Below are positions 29,927 to 40,778 of a DNA stretch of 64,000 nt, piece by piece (positions within the stretch are counted from its first letter, which is position 1; the number at the start of each line of letters is the position of its first letter). The notes under the pieces are model-generated. The model made no database searches, was not told the origin of the DNA, and worked only from the letters and a program-made list of their open reading frames with translations. Source of the stretch: Leptospira sp. (lineage in GTDB: Bacteria; Spirochaetota; Leptospiria; Leptospirales; Leptospiraceae). Both the position numbers and the translations under genes were made by a program. Location: contig JAWXAQ010000005.1 in assembly GCA_034439575.1 (NCBI GenBank), positions 32,001-96,000 on the forward strand. The letters run 5' to 3'.

Positions 29927-30788
29927 ATGGACTTATAACACTATTGAACATGAAGGATTTGAATTTCAAATTGCCAAAAATAATAAACAAGGCCCAGATA
30001 TTCTAATTATTGGAAGCGCTATCTACTACCCGAGGGTGATCTCAAAAGAATTGGCCGAAAATTTTTCGATCCATTGCATCGATCATAGAGGTTTTGCCAA
30101 AAGAATCACCGATTCTAAGGAGAATGTCCAAGAATATAACTTAACAAAAATTATAGAGGACATTGAAATAATTAGAAAGTTAATTGGACTTCAAAATTTT
30201 ATTTTATTGGGTCACTCAGGTCATGGTTATATGGCTTTGGCCTATGCAGCTATATATCCTATTTACATATCACATTTGATTCTCGTATCGACAGGTCCAA
30301 GTCATGGAATTCATTTATCTGAAAATCAAAGATATTTTGAAACTTTTGCCTCCAAGGAAAGAAAAGAGAAACATAAATCTCTCCAAGAATTGTTTAAACG
30401 TAATATTGAGGAAAATCCAATTGATTTTTTTAGGCATTATTGTGTAAGCCAAGATGCATTAGGATTTTATGATTTACGAATGGATTCAAATGATTTTTGG
30501 GATGGAATCGTCACTAACAAATTAGCATTTGATCATTTGTTTGGGGAAACTTTTGCAGAGATAAAAGTTGAAGATTACTTAAAACAAATCAATATTCAGA
30601 TAACGATCGTTATGGGTAAATTTGATTTTCAGGTAGCGCCTTATTATACTTGGGATCCAATATTGAATAATTTTCCAAATGTAAAATTTAAAGTTTTTCA
30701 GAAAAGTGCTCATTTGCCTTTTTACGAAGAACCTAGTGAATTTAAAAACCAAATAATAAATCCTATAATTAAAAAGGTAATCCTTTAA
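29922..30788 (+). CDS. Alpha/beta hydrolase
   Basis: DHRG, GHSGHG nucleophile elbow, GKFD, SAHLP. Confidence 0.88.
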   Translation: MEWTYNTIEHEGFEFQIAKNNKQGPDILIIGSAIYYPRVISKELAENFSIHCIDHRGFAKRITDSKENVQEYNLTKIIEDIEIIRKLIGLQNFILLGHSGHGYMALAYAAIYPIYISHLILVSTGPSHGIHLSENQRYFETFASKERKEKHKSLQELFKRNIEENPIDFFRHYCVSQDALGFYDLRMDSNDFWDGIVTNKLAFDHLFGETFAEIKVEDYLKQINIQITIVMGKFDFQVAPYYTWDPILNNFPNVKFKVFQKSAHLPFYEEPSEFKNQIINPIIKKVIL

Positions 30789-30887
30789 AAGGTAAAAGTT
30801 CTAAAACAAAAATACGAACTTTTTGGGAAAGAATTTTTAATGTGGTGGATTTAGACGGAATATTATGTTAAGAGGGGGATGATGAAT

Positions 30888-30945
30888 TGCCCACGAGCCA
30901 CACCCCTCCACCCTGACTCGGGTGGGGGACTTCACTGCCGCCTAG
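30888..30945. repeat. GC-rich REP-like palindromic element between convergent genes
   Basis: CCTCCACCC-TGACTC-GGGTGGGGG hairpin in a GC-rich patch; single copy in this window. Confidence 0.5.
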
Positions 30946-30951
30946 CGCGCG

Positions 30952-31935
30952 TTACGCCAGCATTCCTTTAACTTCTTCTCTCTCTTCTTGTAGTTCCTTA
31001 TGTGTAATGTCGAATTTTTCTTTTCCGAATGCATTGATCTCAAGTCCTGATACGATTTCAACTTTCTTTCCATCTGAACGAAGCGGATATCCAAAGATAA
31101 GACCCTTATCTACTCCGTATTCACCGTTCGAATGGCATGCGGCACTAAACCAATCCCCAGCCTTCGTTGGCGTAACGATATTATGAACCGTATCCACTAC
31201 GGCATTGGCGGCCGATGCAGCTGAAGAGGCACCACGGGCTGCGATGATAGCCGCACCGCGTTTTTGAACTGTAGAAATAAATTCACCTCTCAACCACTCT
31301 TGGTCAGAAATCGCATCCGTAGCAGGTTTTCCTTTTACTTTTGCATTATAAAAATCAGGGTATTGTGTTGCAGAATGATTTCCCCAAATGGCAACATTGG
31401 AAACATCTTTAACTAAAACTCCCGCTTTCTGAGCTAATTGGGTTTTAGCACGATTTTCATCAAGACCTGTCATCGCAAACCATCTGTCAGACGGGATACC
31501 TTTTGCATTGTTCATTGCAATCAGAGCATTCGTATTACAAGGGTTACCTACAACTAAAACTCTGACATCACTATTAGCATTTTTTTCAATGGCTTTTCCT
31601 TGGGTTGTAAAAATACCACCATTGATTTTTAATAAGTCCCCGCGTTCCATACCTGCTTTTCTTGGTACGGAACCAACTAGAAGTGCCCAATTGATGTCCT
31701 TGAATGCTTCGTCGATATTGGAAGAAACAGATACTTTTTGCAATAATGGAAATGCACAATCGTCCAATTCCATGATCACTCCTTTTGCGGCTGGAACAGC
31801 TTGCTCTAATTCGAGTAACTGAAGTTCAACGGCCGTATCAGGTCCAAACATTTGGCCCGAAGCAATTCTAAAAAGAAGTGCATATCCAATTTGACCTGCT
31901 GCACCTGTAACTGCTACTTTAACAGTATTTCCCAT
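30952..31935 (-). CDS. mdh: Malate dehydrogenase
   Basis: [34 protein letters not shown]. Confidence 0.97.
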   Translation of the reverse strand: MGNTVKVAVTGAAGQIGYALLFRIASGQMFGPDTAVELQLLELEQAVPAAKGVIMELDDCAFPLLQKVSVSSNIDEAFKDINWALLVGSVPRKAGMERGDLLKINGGIFTTQGKAIEKNANSDVRVLVVGNPCNTNALIAMNNAKGIPSDRWFAMTGLDENRAKTQLAQKAGVLVKDVSNVAIWGNHSATQYPDFYNAKVKGKPATDAISDQEWLRGEFISTVQKRGAAIIAARGASSAASAANAVVDTVHNIVTPTKAGDWFSAACHSNGEYGVDKGLIFGYPLRSDGKKVEIVSGLEINAFGKEKFDITHKELQEEREEVKGMLA

Positions 31936-31954
31936 ATATAATATTTCTCCTAAA

Positions 31955-33007
31955 TTATTTGTTTAATTCTTTTTGAATGATCTCATCAAAATTTTCGAAC
32001 GGTAAAGCACCCGAAACAAAAATCCCATTGATAAAAAATGCTGGAGTTCCATTGACTCCCACTTTTTGTCCGTCATCAATATCTGTTTGAATCTCTGCTT
32101 GAATTTTATCTTTGTTTTTCATACATTCTTGGAACTTCGCTTTATCAACACCCGCTTTAGTTACCAAAAAATCTACGTTAGCTGGTGAAAGGTCACCAGA
32201 GTTTGCAAATAAAATATCAAATGCTTGCCAATACTTTCCTTGTGGAATTGTACAATTAGCTGCGATATGAGCATACATTGCATTTTCATGAAAAGGTAAT
32301 GGATAATCGCGAAACACCCACTCTACGTCATCTTTATACTTTTCTCTCAAACGGCGGTTTACGTCTTGGCTTCGTTTGCAATATGGACATTCAAAATCCG
32401 AAAATTCTATAATTGTCACTTTCGCACTTGGTTTACCGATAGAAGGATTGTTTTTCTTTTCTACTGATACTCGAACTGCTTCCGCTTCTTTAATTTTAAA
32501 CTCAACAGGATATTTTGAAATAATCTCTTTATAAACTTTCTGATTGTGTTCTTGTTCTTGTTGGTTTTTCATAAGTCCAGCAATTTGATTTTTTACTTCA
32601 GGAAGTGATTTTCCACCAAATTGCGACTTATACGTGTTATATATATTTGTTATCTCGGCATCTGTCGGTTCTTTAGCAATAAAGCCTTCTTTCAAAACAT
32701 CAGAAGGTTTAATTTTCTTTTCTTCCGCAACGATTTCAAATAACTTATCTTGTGCGAATTCACTCAAAGTGTTTTTGAGTAAACTTGCATATTCAGTTTG
32801 AAACTTTGAATACGCAATCGGTGAAGTTTTTTTTACATCACTCAAATCGTATTTTTTACCAGCGATTAAAACACCGTCTTGGTTAAAGTTGGCTTTGATA
32901 AAAGAAGGGAGAGATACTCCCGCGACTACGGCAAAGAGAACAACTGCGCCTAAAACAAGTTTAGAGAGGGGTTGTTCGATCCATTTTTGGTTACTATTTT
33001 CCATCAA
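31955..33007 (-). CDS. DsbA-family thiol-disulfide oxidoreductase
   Basis: N-terminal [18 protein letters not shown]. Confidence 0.9.
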   Translation of the reverse strand: MMENSNQKWIEQPLSKLVLGAVVLFAVVAGVSLPSFIKANFNQDGVLIAGKKYDLSDVKKTSPIAYSKFQTEYASLLKNTLSEFAQDKLFEIVAEEKKIKPSDVLKEGFIAKEPTDAEITNIYNTYKSQFGGKSLPEVKNQIAGLMKNQQEQEHNQKVYKEIISKYPVEFKIKEAEAVRVSVEKKNNPSIGKPSAKVTIIEFSDFECPYCKRSQDVNRRLREKYKDDVEWVFRDYPLPFHENAMYAHIAANCTIPQGKYWQAFDILFANSGDLSPANVDFLVTKAGVDKAKFQECMKNKDKIQAEIQTDIDDGQKVGVNGTPAFFINGIFVSGALPFENFDEIIQKELNK

Positions 33008-33175
33008 AACCAGCTTTTATGTGCTAAATAGCCAGATCAAACGGAAAAATTTCTCAAATTTTCATGGATTTCATTTCTTTTTTATGAATTTTCCTAATAA
33101 TTATTTAAGATCGACCGATGATCAAAATGGAGAGAAAGGGACTTCTCTCAGAGATTAAAACGGAGGTTAGGGTCT

Positions 33176-33526
33176 ATGAATATTTCATCCCTCACTGGAA
33201 TTGCCCAAGGGGCCGTTCCTCAAATACTGCCCTCACAACCATCTAAGCAAAATGGAGACCAGGGCCATCAGGCACCATTGGAAGACAAAGAATTATCCCT
33301 TCCTTCCCTAAAGGCTGAGAAAGAAAAGGAATTGGAGAAAAAGAAGGAAAAGGAATATTCTTCCGCAATCAAACCGGAAGACCTGGTCCTTAAACCTTCA
33401 CCAACAACTTTGGAAGAAAGACTCAACCAAATTATTTCTGCGGAAGAAGTTAAAGATATTTTGTCTATGGTAACAAGAGTTCCACTTCGAAAAGAAGAAG
33501 AACACAAAGTCGACGTAAAACGGTAA
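33176..33526 (+). CDS. Hypothetical protein
   Basis: GGAGG SD upstream; 116-aa charged ORF. Confidence 0.7.
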   Translation: MNISSLTGIAQGAVPQILPSQPSKQNGDQGHQAPLEDKELSLPSLKAEKEKELEKKKEKEYSSAIKPEDLVLKPSPTTLEERLNQIISAEEVKDILSMVTRVPLRKEEEHKVDVKR

Positions 33527-33576
33527 TTATACTGGTTCCGCTTCTTATCGCCATCCAGGACGGATTTGTATTCCTC

Positions 33577-34170
33577 ATGGGTGGTGTTCTTGTTATTTCA
33601 ATCTTTGGCCTACTCGGCATCATATACCAACAATTTATCTTTCCTATCGTTTCTAGAAAAGATTCGGATCGTTATATTCCTGTGCAAACTGGTGATTCTT
33701 ATGATCTCACAGTTGATGAAATCAGTAGATTCTCTAGTTTCTCTGTTGGATGTCGTACAGGAAACTTAGCAACAAGGTGCAATGCGATCTCCGAAGATCA
33801 TCTTATTTTCCAATTCAAAAAAAGCAAAGACACCGAAGATTATGCCATCACCGTTCTAAGGAATGGACCAACATTTTATAAACCTCCACGAATGGACACT
33901 TATACAAAAATGGAATCGAAAGAAACTTTTGATTCCTATGAAATAATTGGTCATCCCGCTGAGTTAAGAATCTCAGATAAAATCATCAAAGAACGAATGG
34001 TGAATTTCATAGAAATATCTTTATCTTCTTCTTTTTATTTTACAAAACTTGGCAAAGAAAGAATGAAATTTACATTTACAATTGGAAAAATCCAACCCGG
34101 TATCAATCGTAAAATAAGATTTAGAGATGATACGTATGGATTTGGAAAAGAAGAAGATGCAGAAGAATAA
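33577..34170 (+). CDS. Membrane-anchored hypothetical protein, FHA-like segment
   Basis: N-terminal TM; VG..ISEDH..NGPT pattern; start uncertain. Confidence 0.7.
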   Translation: MGGVLVISIFGLLGIIYQQFIFPIVSRKDSDRYIPVQTGDSYDLTVDEISRFSSFSVGCRTGNLATRCNAISEDHLIFQFKKSKDTEDYAITVLRNGPTFYKPPRMDTYTKMESKETFDSYEIIGHPAELRISDKIIKERMVNFIEISLSSSFYFTKLGKERMKFTFTIGKIQPGINRKIRFRDDTYGFGKEEDAEE

Positions 34171-34189
34171 TTATAAACTATAGTTCTTA

Positions 34190-35143
34190 TCAATGAAATT
34201 GAATTTTGGTTCCTAAATTATCAGTTTGAACACGTTTGAAATGATATGGAATTTTCAAATTCTCCATCAAAGTTTTTATTTCTCCCTCTAACTTAGGTAA
34301 TACTCTAGGGACATTTTTTCGTTCCATAAAAATCAATAAACTTGGACCAGAACCAGATAAACAATGGCCTAAGTGATGTTTATCCAAAAATTCAGATATT
34401 TTAAACAAAGGACTATCTTTTGTTACACGATATGGTGTATGCATCTTGTCTTCGAGTGCTACAAGCAAATCATTAAATTTTGATTTATCTAAAAAATGCA
34501 TCCAAGCACCAATGCGAGATAGATTAAAAATTACATCATTTGTTATATAATTGGCGGGTAATGTTTTACGAGATTCTTCGGTCGATATAGAGTATTCTGG
34601 CGTTAATACAAAAAGAGAAACAGAAGCGGGGAATTTTTTCCTAAAAAATCGAATTGGTTCGCCTTGGATAGAGTATGCGAAGATAAGTCCACCTAAATAT
34701 GCTGGTAATGTATTATCCGGATGTCCTTCCCATTCACTTAAGAATTGTAAAAATTCTTTTTCTGTTGGAACAGATTTTTCAAAATCAGATTTTTTATGAA
34801 CCGCACGACCCAGACAAAGACCTGCCACAATGGCAGAAGCACTCGATCCAAGTCCTCCACGTAAAGGGAGGGATAATTCCATCTTACAGTTGTATTTCGG
34901 AACCATAGTTCCAGGTAAAAATTGATTAAAATAAGAAAGGTAAGCTTTTTTTACTAAGTCATCTTTTTCCGAAAAAGGGAGTGCCTCTCCATTTTTGTAA
35001 GTGCTATGGAAATTTGCATCTTTTGGAAAAATAAAATCAAATTCATTATAAGTTTTTAAAGCCATTCCCATAAGGTCAAAACCTGGGCCTAGGTTGGCGC
35101 TAGTCCCTGGAACTCGAATATGGATTTTTGGTAACTTGCCCAT
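34190..35143 (-). CDS. thrB: Homoserine kinase
   Basis: TSANLGPGFD, GLGSSA, EGHPDN, SGSGPS. Confidence 0.96.
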   Translation of the reverse strand: MGKLPKIHIRVPGTSANLGPGFDLMGMALKTYNEFDFIFPKDANFHSTYKNGEALPFSEKDDLVKKAYLSYFNQFLPGTMVPKYNCKMELSLPLRGGLGSSASAIVAGLCLGRAVHKKSDFEKSVPTEKEFLQFLSEWEGHPDNTLPAYLGGLIFAYSIQGEPIRFFRKKFPASVSLFVLTPEYSISTEESRKTLPANYITNDVIFNLSRIGAWMHFLDKSKFNDLLVALEDKMHTPYRVTKDSPLFKISEFLDKHHLGHCLSGSGPSLLIFMERKNVPRVLPKLEGEIKTLMENLKIPYHFKRVQTDNLGTKIQFH

Positions 35144-35192
35144 GGCTTCCGCCCAGGGTTTTCTTTCCGTATCCAAAAATCAATCTCTCTTT

Positions 35193-36680
35193 CTAAGAAC
35201 GTAAGCGAATTGCCAAATTCATTCCCCCAAGTACCACTGCTGGAATTCCTTGCCCGGGATATACGGTATCTCCAGTGAGATAGAGATGCGAAACCTTGGA
35301 AAAAGAGCCAAAATAATTAAATGGATTTCGAAAAAAGGAACTAGGTATCCCGCCTACCCTACCATTTTTTCGCCCCGTCCAAGTTTCCCAGGTTGCAGGA
35401 CTTGCCGTATGTACAAAACGTATTTTATCCTTTTGAAACCACGAAATTTTTGAATCTAATTCGTTGATGATTAGCTTAGCAATTTCTTCTTTGTTCTTAT
35501 GGTATTCTATGTTTCTTCTTTGCCAATTTTCTGGAGATTGGATATGAGTCGAGATAGATAGTATACGTATTCCGTTAGGTGATCTCTTTGTATCTTGAGT
35601 GTGGGATAGGGAAACAAAAATAGAATCCCCACCACCATATGGCAATTTTATTTCCAAATGGATTTGATGGTGAAGGCATTCTGTTTCTGGGATATTAGCT
35701 TTTAGGGCAATACCCATAGTAAACGCACCATAACTATTTTTTTCAAAGATTTCAGTTTTCAACTGATTCTCGTTATACTTCCCTTCACTTAGCTGAATCA
35801 GATTCCAAATTGGAACATTGGATATAATATTTTTAGCAAAGTATTTTTTATTCTTCGTTTCTAATGTCCAATTCGCGTAATTGAATTTTTCATTTATAGC
35901 TTCAAATCTTAGGACTTCTGATTTTGGTTCATAGGAACCATTATTTTGTTGTAAATATTCTATCAATTTATTTGAAATACTAACAATGCCAGATGGGATA
36001 TAATAATTTTGAAGATTCGAATAGGTTAATCCTGCACTCGCATAAAAAAAAGGAGCGTTCTCAGAGGAACTTTGATTTGTAATCATCAATTGTTCATCTA
36101 TAAATTTGAGGAATTTGATATCCTTACTTAGACCGAACAAAAATAACACTTGTTTTGTTGTAAAAAAACATAAGATTAAACCAAAAAAATCCAAGGGTCT
36201 CACATTTCGCAAAGTAAGTAATAAATCATATAACCGAGTGAAGGGAAAATACGTGAATCGTTTAGAAAGGGACCAAACTAAATCTGATAAAAAGAAAGTA
36301 AATTTCCAAAAGTATTTTTGCCGAATTGGTTTACCAAAAACTCGAATGCATTCGGCGATCCACTCGTTTTTATTTTGGTAACGAAAGATAATTTCATTCC
36401 CTAAATGAATTTTCATAGGGATAGACAAAGGAACCTTTTCAAAGGAAATTCCTAATTCTTTCTCCAAACGATCGAGTGGTAAATCTTTTTCAAATCCGAC
36501 AACTGTTGTGGCACCAGATTCAAAAATAAATCCTGCTTTTTGAAAACTAGAAGCACAACCACCAGCACTTGTTCCCTTTTCCAAAACAAGAACAGAATTT
36601 CCATCTTTTGCGAGAAGGCTTGCTGCACTCAGTCCCCCCAAACCCGCACCAATTACGATGTAATCCCATATCTTTTCCAT
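35193..36680 (-). CDS. Phytoene desaturase/CrtD-like FAD-dependent oxidoreductase
   Basis: GAGLGG, GGCASSF...FESGAT, HHQ, GDTVYPGQG. Confidence 0.82.
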   Translation of the reverse strand: MEKIWDYIVIGAGLGGLSAASLLAKDGNSVLVLEKGTSAGGCASSFQKAGFIFESGATTVVGFEKDLPLDRLEKELGISFEKVPLSIPMKIHLGNEIIFRYQNKNEWIAECIRVFGKPIRQKYFWKFTFFLSDLVWSLSKRFTYFPFTRLYDLLLTLRNVRPLDFFGLILCFFTTKQVLFLFGLSKDIKFLKFIDEQLMITNQSSSENAPFFYASAGLTYSNLQNYYIPSGIVSISNKLIEYLQQNNGSYEPKSEVLRFEAINEKFNYANWTLETKNKKYFAKNIISNVPIWNLIQLSEGKYNENQLKTEIFEKNSYGAFTMGIALKANIPETECLHHQIHLEIKLPYGGGDSIFVSLSHTQDTKRSPNGIRILSISTHIQSPENWQRRNIEYHKNKEEIAKLIINELDSKISWFQKDKIRFVHTASPATWETWTGRKNGRVGGIPSSFFRNPFNYFGSFSKVSHLYLTGDTVYPGQGIPAVVLGGMNLAIRLRS

Positions 36681-36808
36681 ATTGCCTAATAGACTGGCAC
36701 GACTTATGCAATAGAAAGGTATTATCAGACTTAAAATTGGTAATCATGCAAAATAAGAATCCGAGCGTGCTGAAAATAGATACAAAGTGCTAGTTAGGAA
36801 AACAATTT

Positions 36809-37681
36809 ATGGTTTCAGAATCTCTAAAGAAAGTTGATCAAGCAGAATTATTATGGAAGTCCATTGCAAGGCAGCCCGAATTTCAAGCAGGTGCATTTCG
36901 GTTGAATGCAGACATTACGATCCGTACTTTTAAAAACCAATCCAACAAATTTCTTACTTCAGAAAGATTTGATTTTATTATTGCGATGAAAGAATTATTG
37001 AAACCAATCGCAGATCTGGAAAATGAAAAAATAGAATATTTGATTTTTAGAACTTACGAATGTTATAAGAAGGAACTTGCCTATAACGATGGCACGGACT
37101 CCAGATTTTCAATCGATATTGTTTTTCAATTTATTGAATTTTTGTGTTCAGATTCTCCCAAAGAAGATATTGCCCAATTATTACAAAGGGAAACAAGTTT
37201 AGATAAAAAAGAAGTAGAATCGATCATTCAACATATCAAAGCCTTTAATAAATTAGGAACCTATTTCAATAAAGCGAGTAACTTAAAAAAGACGATTGAG
37301 AATGGAGAACAAATCCTTGCGGCAACAGCTAGTGCATTTCCAGAAATCACTTGGCTTGCATTAGAATCAATGTTTTATTTACTGATTGCACAATATGCAC
37401 TAGCGACAAAATACTCCTGCGAATCTTTGTTACGCGGTTGGATGAAAGAATATGGCTTTGATGAAAACCAATATGTCGTCGTAGCAAATTTTTTCCCGCC
37501 AGGTACTTCCCTACTCGAATTTAGGGGAAAGTATACAAATGCGATACGAAGTTTACATAGAATCAAATCAGAACAAAGGCCAGAATATGATCTTTTACTC
37601 TTACGATCTATAGGAAACTATTTCAGTTCTTGGATCGTAAGAGTCGCACACCAAATGGAAACAGACTATCAGATGGCGTAA
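36809..37681 (+). CDS. Hypothetical protein
   Basis: 290-aa ORF with AGGA SD. Confidence 0.72.
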   Translation: MVSESLKKVDQAELLWKSIARQPEFQAGAFRLNADITIRTFKNQSNKFLTSERFDFIIAMKELLKPIADLENEKIEYLIFRTYECYKKELAYNDGTDSRFSIDIVFQFIEFLCSDSPKEDIAQLLQRETSLDKKEVESIIQHIKAFNKLGTYFNKASNLKKTIENGEQILAATASAFPEITWLALESMFYLLIAQYALATKYSCESLLRGWMKEYGFDENQYVVVANFFPPGTSLLEFRGKYTNAIRSLHRIKSEQRPEYDLLLLRSIGNYFSSWIVRVAHQMETDYQMA

Positions 37682-37684
37682 AAA

Positions 37685-38866
37685 TTAAGCTCCCCAGATT
37701 TTTTTTAAATCAGAGGCTATGTTTTTTTGCATAGCCTCGTTGGTTCCACCACCTATGGAAAGTAAGATGGAATCTCTATGAAGTCTTTCGATAGGATATT
37801 CTCTACAATACCCATAGCCACCTAATACTTGTATGGCATTTCTAGAGACTCTTTCAGCCATTTGTGTTGCTACTAATTTTGCTGATGCAGCTCCAAGTGA
37901 ATTTCTGGATTCTGGGGAAAGACCAGATGCCACTTGATAAACAAGAGCCCTTGCCGCCGAATAATCTGCATAAGACTCAGCCAACATTCTTTGGATCTGG
38001 CCAAACTCTACTAGTTTTTTTCCAAAGGCCTCTCTATGTCGAACGGTATAATCACACATAACATCAATACAGCGACGAGCTATCCCTAATGATTGGGCGG
38101 CCAAAGTAACCCTTTCTATTTCTAAATTCCGCATCATATGCGTTATCGCACCGTTTTCATCACCAAGTAAGTTTTCTTCTGGCACTTCCATATCTTCAAA
38201 GACCAATTGCGTAGTAGGAGAAGAACGCATTCCCATCTTTTCTTCTTTTTTACCAACCGAAAAACCTTTGTAAGATGATTCGATTACGAAGGAGGTCATC
38301 TTTTTTGCTTGTTTGTCCAATTTTGTATAAAGTACAAAAACTTGACCAACAGAACCATTGGTAATGTATTGTTTTGTGCCATTAATGATATAACGATCTC
38401 CTTTTTTGACAGCGACCGTTGTCATACCGAGAACATCGGTTCCAGCTCCAGGTTCCGTCATACCCATCCCGCCAATCCATTCACCAGAAATAACTTTATC
38501 CAAATACTTTGCTCTTTGGATGGCATTTGAACTATGATAGAAGTTGTTCACAAAAAGCACTTCATGTGCTAAATAAGACAAGGTAAAACCTGGATCAAAA
38601 CGAGACATCTCCTCGTGAATGATCACACTTGCCACAGGATCTAGGCCATGACCCCCATCTTCTTCGGCCACAGTGATTCCAAAAATCCCAAGTTCTGAAC
38701 CCAAACGTTTGAATAGAATTTCATTAAAAGATTCATTTTCATCATGTTCTTTGGCCTGTGCGTCCATTTCTCTTTCGGCGAAGGATGCGACTGACTCACG
38801 TAAGGAAAGATGGGATTCTGTTGGATTAAATAAATCAAATGCAGGTTTAATTGAAGATAAGCTCAT
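37685..38866 (-). CDS. Acyl-CoA dehydrogenase (isovaleryl-CoA dehydrogenase-like)
   Basis: MTEPGAGTD, KMGMRSSPT, LEIER, GGYGY, IGGGTNE. Confidence 0.92.
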   Translation of the reverse strand: MSLSSIKPAFDLFNPTESHLSLRESVASFAEREMDAQAKEHDENESFNEILFKRLGSELGIFGITVAEEDGGHGLDPVASVIIHEEMSRFDPGFTLSYLAHEVLFVNNFYHSSNAIQRAKYLDKVISGEWIGGMGMTEPGAGTDVLGMTTVAVKKGDRYIINGTKQYITNGSVGQVFVLYTKLDKQAKKMTSFVIESSYKGFSVGKKEEKMGMRSSPTTQLVFEDMEVPEENLLGDENGAITHMMRNLEIERVTLAAQSLGIARRCIDVMCDYTVRHREAFGKKLVEFGQIQRMLAESYADYSAARALVYQVASGLSPESRNSLGAASAKLVATQMAERVSRNAIQVLGGYGYCREYPIERLHRDSILLSIGGGTNEAMQKNIASDLKKIWGA

Positions 38867-39308
38867 TCGAAAACGATTGAACCCGTTCCTTGTTTTGTAA
38901 ACGAAAAATCCATGTCAAAATTTGGACAATCTTCAAGATTTTGTGGCAAGAGAGAGAGATTTCAAACCTTGAATTTTTGATTCATGAAGAGTTGAAAGAT
39001 TGATAAATATTTTTCCTAATGAAAGAAAATGATAATGATTCAAAAATTCAAATAATAGATGTACTCATTTAATAACCATCAATTCAAATTGTAATAATCT
39101 CCATATTGACACCTAACACCTTCATACTTATATCATAGTATAACAGCCGTGAACCACTAGGTAATCTCCTAATTTGTTATTACAAGACGTCCTATTCTTT
39201 GCGTATATCCACTAATGAAACATTTATTAAAAATAACATATTGATTACTCAAAATTATAAATTTATTTACGAATTTGGGTACTCGCAATTTAATCGTGAC
39301 ATAAGATC

Positions 39309-40778
39309 ATGAGTGACCTCCAACAAGTATCGAGAGACAAGCTCGCAAAATTCGAGTTAAATGAAGAAACTTTAAGTAGTTTCAGAAAAACCAATAGCAT
39401 CCCTATTGATCTTTATAATCGCAATGGTCAGATCATAATCCCTAAAAAAAAGAACCCAACAGCGGAGGATTTTGGTAAATTATTAAAATTTGAATTGCAA
39501 GGTGTTTACTTTCTTATTTCTGAACTCAATAAAAACAAAATCAATGCAAAAGCAAACCAGATCGGCAGCGAAACATCCGTTAAACTATTTGATGAGAAAA
39601 AAATTGCCAACTTTGCGAAACAATCTGCGACTCTCATAGAAGATCTTCGTAAACAATCATTTTCTTCCGAACAAGCCGTTGCTGTCCAAAATTCCATTAA
39701 CGAAATTTTAACAGATTTCACTAGCAATCCAGATTTTGAGTCTGGTATATTCAATATTCTTGAAATATTAGGTGTGGCAGGTGTATCATTACAATCAGAA
39801 CTTATGACCAAACGCACGATAGTTGCCATGGGTATGAAAGTTCGAACTAAAAAGATAGTCTCAGACGGAGACAAAAAACCTTATCAAAAAGAACATTTGG
39901 CGATCATGATGGCAAGTTACTTAGCTGACGTAGGTTATGCGAAACTGGATATAACCGAAAATCCAAAGATCTCCAAAGAAGAGTATGCCATCATCCAACA
40001 ACATCCGATCATTAGTTACTTGATGACACTTCCCGCACAAGAAATTTCAACTGATGTACGCACTCTTATATTAAACCACCACAGGCCATTTAGAGGAGCC
40101 GGTGTGAATAATAATTTTCCAGATGCGAGAATCGTTTTTCAAAAGTTAATGTCTGTTCGTGACATTTATACCAAAGAAACGAACAAAGAACGTATCGTTG
40201 AAGATATTGAAGCTCAACTCCATATGCAGGAAAATCAAATCACGACGGCGAACAGAGAAGATGATATTGCGATTCTTTCACTTGCCAGTGAGTATGCATC
40301 TTTGACTTCCGCACAAAGTTGGCGACCTGCTTTCAATTCCGCGACCGCATTAAAAATGATCGTAAATGACTCTTTTTTTTCTTATAGCAATAAAAATATC
40401 CGCCACCTTCTGGATTACGTCGGAGCGAGTCTTACAAACAATGAAAACATCATCAACACCGATGATTTTATCATTACAGCGGCTGTAGATTCAGAAAAAC
40501 AAGTCCACTTTGATATCTGTAAGGTGATCGAAGTGGATCGTTACCAAACTCGTCCGAAACTGCAACGCCTTTGCACTATAAAACCGATTTTTAAAAAATC
40601 GACAAAATATAGAATCGCAGACTTTGACTTAACGCAAGTGAGAATGGATAGGCGTAAGGCCATCATTGATCTCGGGTCACATGCTGCAGGAAGTATGCGT
40701 GTTATATATATCATTGACCCTGAACTAAATGCTCCTTTATTTGATGCAGTCACCAAACTCAGTAAAGTCGCTGTTTAA
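39309..40778 (+). CDS. Degenerate HD-GYP-like domain protein
   Basis: LADVG, EEYAIIQQHP, ILNHHRP and WRPA align to the HD-GYP scaffold with catalytic residues altered. Confidence 0.7.
   Translation: MSDLQQVSRDKLAKFELNEETLSSFRKTNSIPIDLYNRNGQIIIPKKKNPTAEDFGKLLKFELQGVYFLISELNKNKINAKANQIGSETSVKLFDEKKIANFAKQSATLIEDLRKQSFSSEQAVAVQNSINEILTDFTSNPDFESGIFNILEILGVAGVSLQSELMTKRTIVAMGMKVRTKKIVSDGDKKPYQKEHLAIMMASYLADVGYAKLDITENPKISKEEYAIIQQHPIISYLMTLPAQEISTDVRTLILNHHRPFRGAGVNNNFPDARIVFQKLMSVRDIYTKETNKERIVEDIEAQLHMQENQITTANREDDIAILSLASEYASLTSAQSWRPAFNSATALKMIVNDSFFSYSNKNIRHLLDYVGASLTNNENIINTDDFIITAAVDSEKQVHFDICKVIEVDRYQTRPKLQRLCTIKPIFKKSTKYRIADFDLTQVRMDRRKAIIDLGSHAAGSMRVIYIIDPELNAPLFDAVTKLSKVAV

Noticed and set aside
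38867-39308. Long intergenic region as a riboswitch or sRNA
   Set aside because: AT-rich with no recognisable aptamer or stable stem; TTGACA at 39106 has no well-spaced -10, and the palindrome near 38913 is imperfect
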